A stretch of DNA of 51,017 nt. Origin: Thelocarpon superellum. Its lineage: Eukaryota. This document shows, piece by piece, positions 12,177-24,005 of the stretch. The translations under genes and the position numbers were made by a program. Numbering within the stretch: position 1 is the first letter of the stretch; each line of letters starts with the position of its first letter. Location: contig JAPEUG010000090.1 in the NCBI GenBank assembly GCA_026025795.1, positions 1 through 51,017 of the forward strand, written 5' to 3'. Under the pieces are notes generated by a model, which was not told the origin of the DNA, searched no databases, and saw nothing but the letters and a program-made list of their open reading frames with translations.

Positions 12177-13660
12177 TACATATCCACCCAACTCGTTTTC
12201 CCATCTCCGGCTCCATCCTCCTACGATCTTCAATTTCCATTACCATTTCCAACAGCATTTTCAACTCCCATTTTCAATTCCGGTTTCGGGTGTAGTTTTC
12301 ACTAGTTACTTGCCTCTTTCACATCTTCATCTCTCTCGCTCGGTCCTGCTTCTCATCTCCATTCCCCATTCTCCCTCTCACCGCTCCGTCATCGTTCTTC
12401 GACGTGCTTTGATACCTTCTCATCTCCTTCCCTCCCCTCGACTACTCGAAGCCCTGAACCGGGAAGGCGAAAGTGGAAAAAAGGTGACGGGAATCGAGAA
12501 GAGAGGAGAGGAGAGACATGGACGAGACAGATGAGAAGGGATGCGACGAGACAAGAAAGCAAGGATAGGGTACGGGTGAGAATGGATGAGATGAGATGAG
12601 ATGAGATGACGAGAAAACAATATGCTCCCTCATATCCCAATGCCATATTCCACATCCACCTCCACATACGTGACTGTGTTTACTCTGGATCGTATATCCC
12701 GACCGAATGACCGAGTGACCGAGTGGTTCTGGACCGTTCACCTTTACTGAGTAGCTGAGCTGCTCTGCAAGGGACACCTCGATCGGATAACAACTGGTCA
12801 TCGAACTTACGTATCATTCAAGAGGCAATCCAGCACGGACGTAGCATAATGACAGATGCTCTATAAACGGGGCTTTGCATCATAACCAAGATGCCCATGG
12901 CTCAGGCCGTACAGAGGATAGACTGCGGACTGGCCGGCTCGACGCTTAATCTCGAGGTCGTCAAGTATCACGCGTCAGGCATCAGGCACCGCACGCATGT
13001 TCCATGGACCGATGGACTGAATGATTGACATTCACCGACTTACACACAGACGCTCGTACCACCCCCCCACCTACCCAGTCAGCCCGCCAGCCCCGCAAAC
13101 CCACTGCCTGGCATGCATGACTGTGGACCTCGCAAAGTGGCGAACCGCGAATCGCGAACTGATTGATTCTTCTCATGTCATGTCGTACCAGTGCTGGGTT
13201 ATCAAAAGAAACAGATCACAAGCAAGGAGAGAGCAGAAGCAGACGCTGAGAGAGGGAGGGAGGAAAAATACTAGAGGCCGTCGTCACTCAAATGAATAGA
13301 GAAAATGGAAAAGATGGAATAGAAATCGGACATGTGCGAATATGGGATGTATCGCCCCTGCACTCCCACGCTCCATGCCCCACGCCCCACGCCCCACGCT
13401 TCATGCCCACATACTCACACGCTCTATGTCGGTCTTTCCTCTCGCTCGACTTTCTTTTCCTTCTGGAACAAGGCCTTGTGGGCCATGCGAAGTCACCAGC
13501 GTTCCAAAAGATCAGTTGTGCAGCGCTCGATCCAACGCATAGACGGCCAGACTCTGATCCCCAACCATGCCGTCTCGGCCAAGAAGTCGAGGGGTGGACG
13601 ACGGTGAGTCCATGTCAAGCCGTTGAGAGGAATTGTTGAGGATGGACAATGACTCCCAGG

Positions 13661-14621
13661 TCACGTAAGCGCGTGATGTCTGAATGAATCACCGGTTAGA
13701 GATGCCGTGTGTACCATCAGTATTACCGGTGAGACTCACTTCCGTAGCACCCATTCTAGACTCGACGAGCTCAGAGTTCGCTCAGCTGGAATCTCGTCAA
13801 TGACCGAGACCAAGTTCGCAAAGAGATCGCCGTTTCGATACGCCAAGATCGCCGGGACGCTGGCCACGTCCATCTCGGCATCCTCAAAGTGTAGCTTCAC
13901 AAAGCGGGTCGTGTTGTGTTTGCGTGCCAGCAATGACAGGCAGTCTTCCACCAGGTGACTGACCTCGGACTGGCGCAACCTCCGTCAGCAGAGGGACGAC
14001 AGGTCCGGCACGTTCGTCACTCACCCGGTCGTCGTAGATGCACACAATCACCGTCGTCTCCCGGCCGACCTTCTCGATGGCATCCAGGTAGCCCACGGCA
14101 TCGACCGTCTGCATGGTGCCGTATCGGCGCATACTAGGACTCTGTCGTCGGTTCCGGACATCGCCGGACGTCCGCAGCTCGCTCAACCGCGTCTTACGCC
14201 ACCGCTCCATGAAGTCCAAGTCATCCTCCTCCCCATCCTGCGACTGTGGGCTGACGCTTCGCCCGTCGCGCCTCACCGGCGACACTTCCTTCTGTCCGTA
14301 GTATGGTGTACCATTGCTTTCCCGCGAAACAGGCGCCTGATTCTGCTGGAGCCACTTCTGCTTCTTGGCCTGCTCATAAGACCGCGCGTCGGCGATGACG
14401 CCCTTGGGCCCGGTGTTGGCGTCAAAGGCCGTGTTACGCGGCAGGTGGTAGTTGGAAGTGAGGGACGGCATGTCGTGTGATTCGGCTTCGTGACCGGCGT
14501 CCGCGTCCGCGTCCACGTCGGGTTCAGAGGGGGTACGAGAGCGATCGTCTTCGGGATGACTGCGGAGGCGGTGCGACTGCGAAAAGAGCTGTGCAGCCTC
14601 GTCGGCGGCGGAGGCAGACAT
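13661..14621 (-). CDS. phnA: Phosducin-like protein (PhLP1 class; G-beta-gamma chaperone, PhnA/BDM-1 type)
   Basis: Exons 14621-14025, 13969-13740, 13679-13661. Hallmark NTGPKGVIADAR, FMERWRKTRLSEL, thioredoxin-like C-domain (TRFVKLH, VPAILAYRNGDLFAN). Confidence 0.92.
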
Positions 14622-14826
14622 GCTTATGTACCTCGGTGGGTGGCGTGGCGGTGACCGGACGACGCGGAAGAGTGGAGGATCTAGAAGGGGTCGGGTAGCG
14701 GTGGACCAGCGGATCTGGCTGCTGATGCCGCGTGCGACGTAATGCGGAGCTCCACGTGGCCGATGGTGCCAGCGAGTCAGCGTATCAGGGTGCGCGGCGG
14801 GTCTAGGTAGAAGGTGAAAGGCCTGC

Positions 14827-14882
14827 GAGGACTAGAGGACTAGAGGACTAGAGGACTAGAGGACTAGAGGACTAGAGACCTA
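14827..14882. repeat. Tandem 8-mer (GAGGACTA)x6 plus one degenerate copy
   Basis: Read directly; ~200 bp upstream of the phosducin-like ATG. Confidence 0.95.
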
Positions 14883-17132
14883 GAGAGGGTGAAAGGTGAC
14901 GAGAACCGCGGTGGCGACACGCGTGCCTGCTCCTTCCATCGGCTCTCACGACCGGGATGATAGCCTTGGCGCCGTGGCGCCGCGGAGACGGCAAGGCACC
15001 GGTCACAAGGCTGGAAAAACGTGGCAACGTCAGGGATCGCCGGTTAATCATCTACGACTCCCCTCGGTCGCCCGAGCCCCAGCCCCTAGCGAATTTCTGG
15101 AAATGAGCAGGCAGCCCTTGGACTGGATGCCAGTCGCAACTCCCGAACCCAGGCTCTCTGCACTTCCGACGTCCCATCCCAGCACATACTTGGGCCGGAA
15201 ACATGGCCTACCCCCATCAAGTGCCGCCCCCTATCTGCCACCCGCAGGAATGTTCCAAGTTCCCCGATAAAGTAAGCTGATGGGGCAACCGAGGAAATCG
15301 GCTGCTACCCAAGCCTTGGCGTAATAGTGCGTTGGGTTTGCCCAACACTCAGGAACCGCTCCCCTGATGGAGCCCCCTAACCACGACTTAGTCCAAGGTA
15401 TCCGGCTCGCGTTCCGTGATTGCAGCAGCTGCAGCGCCACATCATGCTATCTTCGCTACCCGCACACCGAATGGCGTATGGCGACAGCTGAGACTCGCGC
15501 CAACTCTGCTGAAGGTCGGTCTGAGGAATAAAGCTCCGAGATGATGTCGACCACCTAGCCTAGGTGGACGTCGTCCTACCACGGAACAATAGGCCCTCCC
15601 ACATCCCTCGTGGCACGGCTCGTGACAAGTCAGACAGCTGCGTCACGATCGGTCCATGATAGACGAGGACGTGCGCTGACCCGTCATCTCAGCCGAAAAT
15701 GCCCGATCCTGCGTGTCTCAGGTTTCGGCCTGGCCCCAGTTCGTGACTCAACCATCCGCGCTCCGACCCATCGTGGGCCCTGCCCTCCGCACAGGCACTC
15801 CGTACTCCCGGACAGGTAACTGTGAAAGGGCAAGCATGGCAGGGTAGTGGAGTGGTACTCGTCGACGAGCGAGGCAAGGTCGACTAGAAGCAGATGAAAC
15901 CGGCGGTCGACCAATCTCATGCTCATCTGCCCCGACCACCCCCGAGGAGATGAGGGGCGGTGTAAATGAGCACGACTAGATTACTCGTGCTTGTACGCAT
16001 TGCCGGACGGTCGTGTCGCGTGCCGGGCCCGACGCTCGGCCAATGGACGTGCCCGCGAAGCCTCTCTACCCGAAACGAATTACATGGGAGTGGCATGGTT
16101 GCAGTGGGTATCAGCGCACATGCATTAGTTGGCCGTGGCTTCCAAACTGCAGATCCACGTCGGAAGCTGTTGGACCTCTGCCGCCACCAACCGGCCCATC
16201 TTCGTCGGTCGTGCAACCTCATTCTTCGCATCCGCGGGCAAGGAGGCATGAAGGGTATCCATAGCGACACAATTCCACCTCGCCAGACCCGCCCCCAATA
16301 TTACACGGTAGCGATACCTGGCATACCCTCGTGGTCGAGGCTGAAGGGCCCCGCGGCGATCTTCAGTAAAGGACGCCGAACAATGCCGTCTGCTATGCAT
16401 TGCACGAGAACGCCCCTCACCCTTTGAACCTTACGCCATGCCGCCCTTCCCGGCAAGAGTTGGGGTTTTGGCACGTTCCACTCCATTAATCAACAGTCCG
16501 CCCACGGTGCACGGACCTGACATCACCTGTCACCTCAGCATGTCATGTAGCGGATGGTGCATGGATGCATCATCCACTTCTGATCCAAGTTTCCCGTACG
16601 AGGCGGAAATAAATTGGTCAGAGCTACCTAGCTAGGATAACGGCATGGTCATCATCTGACAGGTGACTTCCAAGTTCCCTCACGCCGCCCAGACTTGGGA
16701 GAAAAGAGATCATGTCACCCGGACAGTAGGGGAAGGGTGGATGCGGGAACAGAGAACGGAAGGTCACGCCCGCCACCCCAGGGGGCACAATCATGAGGGT
16801 GCAGGTGATGACCGCTAATCGTCAAAACACGTGTGGGGCAAGAGCGGTCCTGTAACAGGCGGGTGGCAGATCATTCACATGAGCTCCCAGTGTCCGTCGT
16901 GAGACTAGGCCTGCGAGAAGTGGCGGGTGAGGAGACACAGGGTGTAGGGACACGAACAGAACAGAGGAGACTCGTCGACCGGGACATGCAAGCTCATCCA
17001 TCGACACAAAACGCCAACAAGCTCACAACGGACCGATGGGGATAAACATTAGATGGACATTATGGATGCGGCACGTAACAAACGCCAGGGCAACGGCAGC
17101 CGTAGATGTATGTGTGTGTGTGCGCGCGTGCG

Positions 17133-19019
17133 CTACTGTTGCGCAGCGACGCACCAGTGACGATGGTAGACCCACGCGCTCTTTTGGCACTCCTTGCTGC
17201 AGTATTTGGTGCGGCGGCACCGACGACACTTTGCGAATTGCCGTGTATACTCTTCCCACTTGCCACACTGGTAGTAGGCGCACTGTCGGATGCCGCCACG
17301 TGAATCATCCTTGCGGCAGAGATTGCGCATCACGACGCCTGCCCAGTATTGCATGTCGGCGGAGTGGTGCCGAACCGTGAATTTCTCCACTAGCGGAAAG
17401 ATATTGAAGTCGTCTGGGACCAAGAACTCCTCCTCCAGCTCTTCTGGAACCGGGGAGCGGCCCACGGTGTGCAGGTCATCGTCAAGGAGATCCAGCTCCT
17501 TGCCGACCTTGAGCTTGGGCACCAAGTGGGACTGCTGGAAGTACGAGCGGAGATTGCAGTATTTCGACACGTAGGCCAAGAGCTGCAGCGACATCAACAC
17601 ATCCTCATCTCGCGGCATGGCCGCCAGGATGCTGGCCGACGCCGGCCGGTCGAGGAAGTAACGAGGATAGTTGGCCGACGGCAGCGTCGGCGTCGTGGTA
17701 TTGACGGCAGGCTGCGCCGGCGAGAATGCCAGGTTCGTTGCTGCCGGCGTAGCCCCGGCGTTGATGATGCTGCCGTCGACTGCGGATCGATGCGTGATGT
17801 TGAAGGCGTCGGCATCTTGGGTCTCCGACGCGTTCGGCGCGGTGAAGGCGAGCGGCGTCTCGACCGCTTCAAGTATCGCGTCTCGCTCATCCATTTCTTG
17901 GATGTTGACGCCTGGTCGGATGTCCACGATGGGCTCGCCCGAGTTTTCCGGGCTCGCCGATTCATCCGATCCCATCTCGTCCCCTTGTGCGTCGTCCGAC
18001 TCGCCTGACATGGATCGTTGATGTCGGATGGATGGACGCCTTCGCGATCGACCCGTTACGGTGGACGACGGTCGGGCCAGCGGAGTTCGGGCAGAGGGGA
18101 GGGGGTTCGGTGTCGTGGGAGACTCCGGCTGTGACGTGATGCCTGAGTGGAAGCCTGGGACCATCGACGGAAGTCGGTCGATGTCTCGCACCGGTCGGAG
18201 ACCAAAGGCATCGCTCATCTCCATAGAAGGCACGGCCGACGCTAGCGGTTGCACGGGGTTGGGGGTCGTCGAGGTGGCCACTTGCAGAGAATGGCCGTGT
18301 GGACGGCCATCATGGCTTCGATGATGGTGGTGATTGCGTCGCGGAAAACTAGTCCGCTCGGGGGGAGAGGTCACGGCAAACAGGGGGGGGGCGGTCGGAG
18401 TAAGGTCCATGGCACTATTGTCGGCCGACTGTTGATGCTGCGAGAGCGGCGGGATGGCGATGGAAGGAGGAGGGGCCTGCCGTCGAAAGGCACGATACTC
18501 GGAGGTGCCGCTGCCCCGCTCGGAGCGGTTGCAGAAGGACGAGGTCTTGTGTTCTCGCGAGCGAGACGTCGAATGCGGGCCCGATCCAGATCGTTGCGAG
18601 TTACGTTTGGCCTCGGCCTCGGCCTTCTCCCGGCATCGATCGACGACCTTGATGTAGTTGTCTAAGATGGTGGCGATGACCGGGACCATGTCGGCTTCCA
18701 CCACGCGGGTCCGCACGTTCTCTGATCCTCGCACGCCGATGTTGACAACGCACTGAAACGCGAGGTTCCACTTCCACATGTCCATCATGTCCTTGCTTCG
18801 GCCCGCCTTGAGGATGCATACTAGTCGCTCGACACCGCCGTCGACGGTCAAGATGTCCCGAATCCGGGCGGAGGAGGTGGTGAGGTAGGCGAGGTGGTTC
18901 AAGGAGTTGATCAGCGGCAGAGTCGAGGTGCAGTCCAGTGCCCTACGATCGTACAGGGCAGTGGTAATGCCCACCGAGGCCTTATTGACATTGGGAATGC
19001 TGAAGTTGACTTCCCTCAT
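17133..19019 (-). CDS. samB: MYND-type zinc finger protein SamB/MUB1
   Basis: Intronless CDS; true ATG 19019 (track start 19058 is TTG). MREVNFSIPNVNKASVGITTALYDRRALDCT, SLNHLAYLTTSS; C-terminal MYND CAYYQCGKWE...FAKCRRCRRTKYCSKECQKSAWVYHRHWC. Confidence 0.96.
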   Translation of the reverse strand: MREVNFSIPNVNKASVGITTALYDRRALDCTSTLPLINSLNHLAYLTTSSARIRDILTVDGGVERLVCILKAGRSKDMMDMWKWNLAFQCVVNIGVRGSENVRTRVVEADMVPVIATILDNYIKVVDRCREKAEAEAKRNSQRSGSGPHSTSRSREHKTSSFCNRSERGSGTSEYRAFRRQAPPPSIAIPPLSQHQQSADNSAMDLTPTAPPLFAVTSPPERTSFPRRNHHHHRSHDGRPHGHSLQVATSTTPNPVQPLASAVPSMEMSDAFGLRPVRDIDRLPSMVPGFHSGITSQPESPTTPNPLPSARTPLARPSSTVTGRSRRRPSIRHQRSMSGESDDAQGDEMGSDESASPENSGEPIVDIRPGVNIQEMDERDAILEAVETPLAFTAPNASETQDADAFNITHRSAVDGSIINAGATPAATNLAFSPAQPAVNTTTPTLPSANYPRYFLDRPASASILAAMPRDEDVLMSLQLLAYVSKYCNLRSYFQQSHLVPKLKVGKELDLLDDDLHTVGRSPVPEELEEEFLVPDDFNIFPLVEKFTVRHHSADMQYWAGVVMRNLCRKDDSRGGIRQCAYYQCGKWEEYTRQFAKCRRCRRTKYCSKECQKSAWVYHRHWCVAAQQ

Positions 19020-19095
19020 GGTGGCAAGGGCGGGTCGAGGATGAGGGAGGTCGATCAAGGGGAGCGAACAGCGAGAGGAGCGAAGCGGTGTGGAG

Positions 19096-19163
19096 CTGGC
19101 GGCGAGGAAGCGTGATTAGCAATGTTTCGCTGGCAAGTGTGTGCGGACGTGGCCGCGACTTAC
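19096..19163 (-). other. Putative 5'-UTR intron of samB
   Basis: GTAAGT donor at 19163, GCTAAT branch, CCAG acceptor at 19096. An in-frame upstream stop argues it is non-coding. Confidence 0.65.
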
Positions 19164-22100
19164 TGCACAAGCTCCGTGGTCAGATCTGCACCGGTCTCAA
19201 AGGGTCGTGGAGAAGTGAAATGTAGGTTGAGTAGGTGCGCAGTCGGTCACGTTCACAACCTCAAGAGAGTGGCGGTCGGAGGCAACGCCCGCACCGGTCG
19301 GCAATCGTTCCACCGTCGAATCCGAATGGAATTTACCCGTGCCTTCCAATGCCGACGGATCTTCAGCGTAAGCCTTCAGTGCACGACGACCGGAAAACCC
19401 GAGGATGCGGGCTGGCTCAAAAAATCGCGACCGGACCGGAAGCGTGGCCGGGGAGGGCAGGTCCGACGGAGGAGGGAGCCGTGACCGAGGAGCGAAACAG
19501 GACAACGTCAAGTCGCCGCCGTCACAACTATGAGGGACAGTGGCGTGGATCTGCGCGCGGCGGCAAGGTCGGCGGATGATGCAGACAAGCGCGATGAGTC
19601 CGCTAAAGATTCCTTGGATGGATTGGAGATGGGGACGTCGACACAACGGGCGAGTGGGAGCGAGGGCGGCTCAGCACGCAGGGAGTGTGGAGCCGCTCGC
19701 GGCAGGCATGAGTCTTGACCTCGAGGAGCGACCGAGACGGCACCCTCAACGTTGTCGACGAAGACGAGAGAGAGGGGAAAGGAGGTCGGACGCACGGGCG
19801 GGCGCGGTCAGGAAGAAGGCGAGGGCCGGTCGTGATGGCCGTGTCGGGGTGGCAAGGCGGATGGTGGAGATGGAGGAGAAAGTCGCTGGTCGGGGCGGCT
19901 TTGGTAGAGGCGGCGCTGCCGGTCCGGGTAGAGGTGTATAGGGTGCTGGTGTCGGTGGCTGCTAACTCCCACTCGTAAGAATGGCTGGCCAAGGCCCGCC
20001 GAAAGATTGACCGCACAAGGTTGGGTGCAAGTCTCAAGGGTTAGCGCTTTGTCGCCTCCTATGCTGTCCTGCAGTCTCGGTGTCCTACTCTCCTGCCATC
20101 CTATGCGCTCGGCGCGCCGTGTCAGGCGTTGGACATTACCTATCGGCCTGTAATTGCCGCATCTGCGCCGGCCGCTAAGGCGGCAACCCGACTCGGACCC
20201 TCTCGATCTTCGCTTTTTTGATTAGAGGGGCCCGCGCCGACGCTCGCCCACCCTCCTTCTCCTGCAGCCCCCAGCACCGGCGCGCGACCGACCGCGCGAC
20301 CGACCCATCCGCTGGCCGCACCCAACCCCAGTCATGCCGCCCACACCAACGCCTGTGCGGCGCCCCCACCCCCGTTTCAAGGCCCAGAAGGTGGCCCACG
20401 AGAGTCTGTACTTGGATTTACCTTTCCCCAACTTGCCCAAGTAGGCATTGTGTGCGCCGAACATGCCATTACCCGTCGCCCTATGCCTCCGCTCCCAGAT
20501 CGGTGCGCGCCCACGCCAGTGCGAATCTGAGGCGTTCCATCATGCCGCTTTGAAGCGGCCGGCTTCGCCACGTCGCGCCACCATCGGCTGCGGAAGCGGT
20601 CTGCAACTGTTGGGCTCCCGTGTTCAACGACGGTACCACCGCGAGAGGTGGTACAGAAGTCGTACGGCGTGTGGGTTTCCACGGTCATGGACGTACCGTC
20701 GGTCGTCAAGCCACATCCGCCGTGGTTCCGCTCCCCGGATCCGGTTGCTGTGCGCGCTCGGGCATGGCGTTGCGATCACGAGACCGCTGGCGCGCCGGCG
20801 GATGGGCTCCACGACGCATCGCCGCCGTCAACATGTGTTGGGCATGGGCCTTTCTAGGGTCCGAGCCACACGCCCCACCGCGCCCCAATACCTCCCAATG
20901 CGGATTGAGCCATTTCCATGTCCTGACGCTGCTCCCCAATGCATCATCACAACGTTGGGTTCGCGTGATTCGCATCGAAAGCGTCCGGTCCGCGCGCCTA
21001 CCCCTGCTTATGTGAGGTTCTGCCATTGCCGTAGAATCCATCCGTCACATCTCGCATGGCATAAAATCGCGTATTCCGCCCTTCTATCATGTGCTCGCGC
21101 CAATCTCGCGGCCGAACGTTGGCATATGGAATGATCCGCCGCTCGCTCATGCCCTGCAATAATGAATCGAGCCGGAGAGCGAGGCAGAAACGCTCTCTTG
21201 CAGATTACCCGTCTTGACGAGTCGCACCGCCAATGTCAGCAGCATCTCCGTGCCCCCTGGCCCGCGCCTGCTGTTGATTGGACGATGGCGACGCCGCCAT
21301 CAGCTGCTGCTCGCACCGTGACAAAAATAATTGACCCCGGTCGTTTCGAGTGGCCACCCCTTGCACCAATGAAAACGATGTCTCCGCACTGGTTGCACGG
21401 CACTTGCAGACAACCGGATGGATTGCCAAGCCCAATGATCTCCCACAGCCATCATGTAGCATACGACGGAAGGACTCTTTAAATGATATCAATCCGGGCA
21501 TCCCACGGCTCGCTATGAGAATCCCTCGTGACCGAGATTGAGTAAGTCTCGATTTCGACGTCATTCAATGCAGCCACGGCTCCAGCTGGCGATCCCTGCG
21601 GCTTTGCTTCAGCTGTCGCAAATTATGCGACAGGAATATGGAGCCAATCGATATCAAGGCTAGAAGGGAGACAGATGACACGGGCTCGACTGCTTGCCCT
21701 TTCTACTTGTGATTTATGATTTCCGCTGCGTCGCAGCTGCCCATCGTGGCCACCTGATTCAGAGGCGACCTTCTCAGCGACGTTTGAGGGCCAAACTATC
21801 CGGTGAATGACCACGACAGTACAGGGTTTGACTATACCTAGCAGGTTGAGCTACTGACGAGCGAATTGGAGACAAAAGGCCTTGCTATGGACTCGAAGTG
21901 CATATGCAATTCAGTCGCGTAAATCTCGTTTGCAGGACTAGATGGGTATCTCTTAAAGGCTGTTAGCGCGTGGAGGAGTGAACAAAAGTATAAAATTCCC
22001 CAGAGCAAATGCCCTGGAGAGGTGACATCGCGACCACGACCCTGCAGGATGTGTAAGTGCGATGGTAACACTACTTCTTTCATGCCGAGGCTTACGCAGA

Positions 22101-23462
22101 TGGGCGGATGTCGTGATTGCAGCGTTTGTCAAGAGAAAAGAGCCTACACACAGCTTGAAACCCTCCCACCACAAGCTCACAGCTTGGCCCTTGATTGAGC
22201 CGCGATATGCCAACGGGATCTCGTCGGTAACGCCTCCCCTCTATCCCGAAGGATCAAGGGCAGGCCTGTCAAATGTCATTGGCACCCTCTCGTCTTCATC
22301 GTAGGCGAGAAGGAAAACGAGAAAAGGAACAGTTGACGTTCAAGTCTCAGCTAGAGCTCACGAGCACATCAGCCGAGATCCTAGGGAAAGCAATCAGACT
22401 TCTGTCTCAGATCCGCCACCGGATCTCAAGACTGGTGACCTGTTTGCGTTCGAGTAAGAGGGAGTGTAGAGGATCGGTGACAGTCGCCGATTCCTCACCT
22501 TATGCATCAGCTGCGTCGGAAACGAGACGATCAAAGGCCACAATACTGATGCCTTCGTCGAGAGAGAAGTCTCGACTTTGGGGAGTGAGCTGCGTGGCCG
22601 AGCCTACGCTTGACATCCCAAATCGCTATGATATGCGGGACTCGAAACAAACCTTAGGTGGGCTAACCGTGGGCAGTACTTCGTACAAGTTTGAGTGTCT
22701 AACGAGACGGAGTACAGGGAATCTAGCCGGCAGGCCAGTAGGAATAGCTAATGAGTTCCTCGTTCTTCGCGGCTGGGCTGCTCGTTCTTGTCTGGCACAA
22801 ACGGTAGTATGTTAGTGTAAAGGTTCTGGAAGGCCTTGGGAGGGGGCGGCGGCATTGGACGAGTAAGAGCTCTCCGACAGCTTCGACACTTGGCTCCGAC
22901 GATGGCTTGTTGCACGGCTGGCGATTGGTCGGATTGTCGCTTCGGGACAATGGATCGGCAGACTGACCAACCAGGCCAGCTTCTGCCCACATTTTACGGC
23001 GACTACCAGAATAAGTTCGACGCAAAAGCCGACCGGGGAGAGGCACGAGTCCTAGTCCTCCGTAGTACTCCGTACTCCGTGGTCGGATAGCGACTAGGAG
23101 AAAGAGGAGGAGAAGGAGAGACCAAGAGGGTGGAGGGCGTGTGGTACTTCGTACTAAATACCGTATGCCCTTGGAGCGAACGAGCGAGCGGGCCCGGCCC
23201 ACAGCCTTCCCACCCCCCAGCCAAGACTGTGCCCGTTCGCCCTCCCGCCCGCCAGCCGGCCAATTCTGCTCAGCACTGACGGCGGCCGTCTCTACTCGGA
23301 CTCGTCGTTCGTTCAGGTTCGCCCGCCCCCCAACTCTTTGGCATAATTGGCACTGGCATTGGCTTGGTCATTCATCCCTCCCGAACGGAGTACCTCGTAC
23401 TCTACCGCGTCACCTCGCCGGCCCCAAGTTACCACCGCCCAATCGTACGAGTCGCACAGTGG

Positions 23463-23952
23463 GTAAGTCACTACCGGACGGCGTCCTGTTCTAGGCGGCG
23501 GCACCGCCCAGCACGGTGCGGTGTGAGTGGCCTACTGCCTCGTTCTGCGCTGCAACGCAACTCCAGCCCCACAAAGTCCACCCCCATCTTCAATCCGTCC
23601 TCGCACCGGTCGCCGCGCCTGCCATTGTCATCGCCGCCCGATTTGGTCACCACTGCTCCTACCTCGCATCGTTTCGAGTCGCTTGTCCGGCTGTCCTACT
23701 GAGCGAAGCGACGCTCCTGCCCGCCGGAACCGCTCGACCGCTTGACCGTTCGACCGCTCGACCGCCCCCGATCGCTGCTCACACCACTGGGCTCGCGGGC
23801 CGTCGTGTCAATCGTCCCGCCTCCTGGGTCCGGACGTGTGCCCACAATCCTCGCACTGTTCCATCCCATCGCTCCTTTGCTCGTCCCAGATCCTCCCCGT
23901 CTGCCGTCGTCGGCGTTGCCCTGACGTGCTCGTCCGCCCTCGGTCTCACCAG
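23463..23952 (+). other. Putative long 5'-UTR intron of the G-beta gene
   Basis: GTAAGT at 23463, CCTGAC branch near 23920, CACCAG ending at 23952, 53 nt before the ATG at 24006. Confidence 0.55.
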
Positions 23953-24005
23953 GCCTACCACCCGACCCGCCCACTGAGGCTGTCCGTTCGCGAGCGACCT
24001 TCACG

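Noticed and set aside
12585..13400. (GATGA)n and (GCCCCAC)x3 short repeats with small ORFs
   Set aside because: Ordinary low-complexity 3'-UTR/intergenic sequence between TAF14 and the phosducin-like gene.
14827..14882. Regular repeat considered as CRISPR-like or telomeric
   Set aside because: Head-to-tail 8-mers with no spacers, no cas genes, not TTAGGG; simple minisatellite in a eukaryote.
15966..16427. 153-aa ORF and overlapping short ORFs
   Set aside because: No recognisable motifs, no coding-like composition, no consistent splice model.
19022..19058. N-terminal extensions given by the ORF track (samB 19058, 5432, DOT1 47119, 4095)
   Set aside because: They begin at GTG/TTG or lie upstream of the conserved or signal-peptide N-terminus; downstream ATGs fit better.
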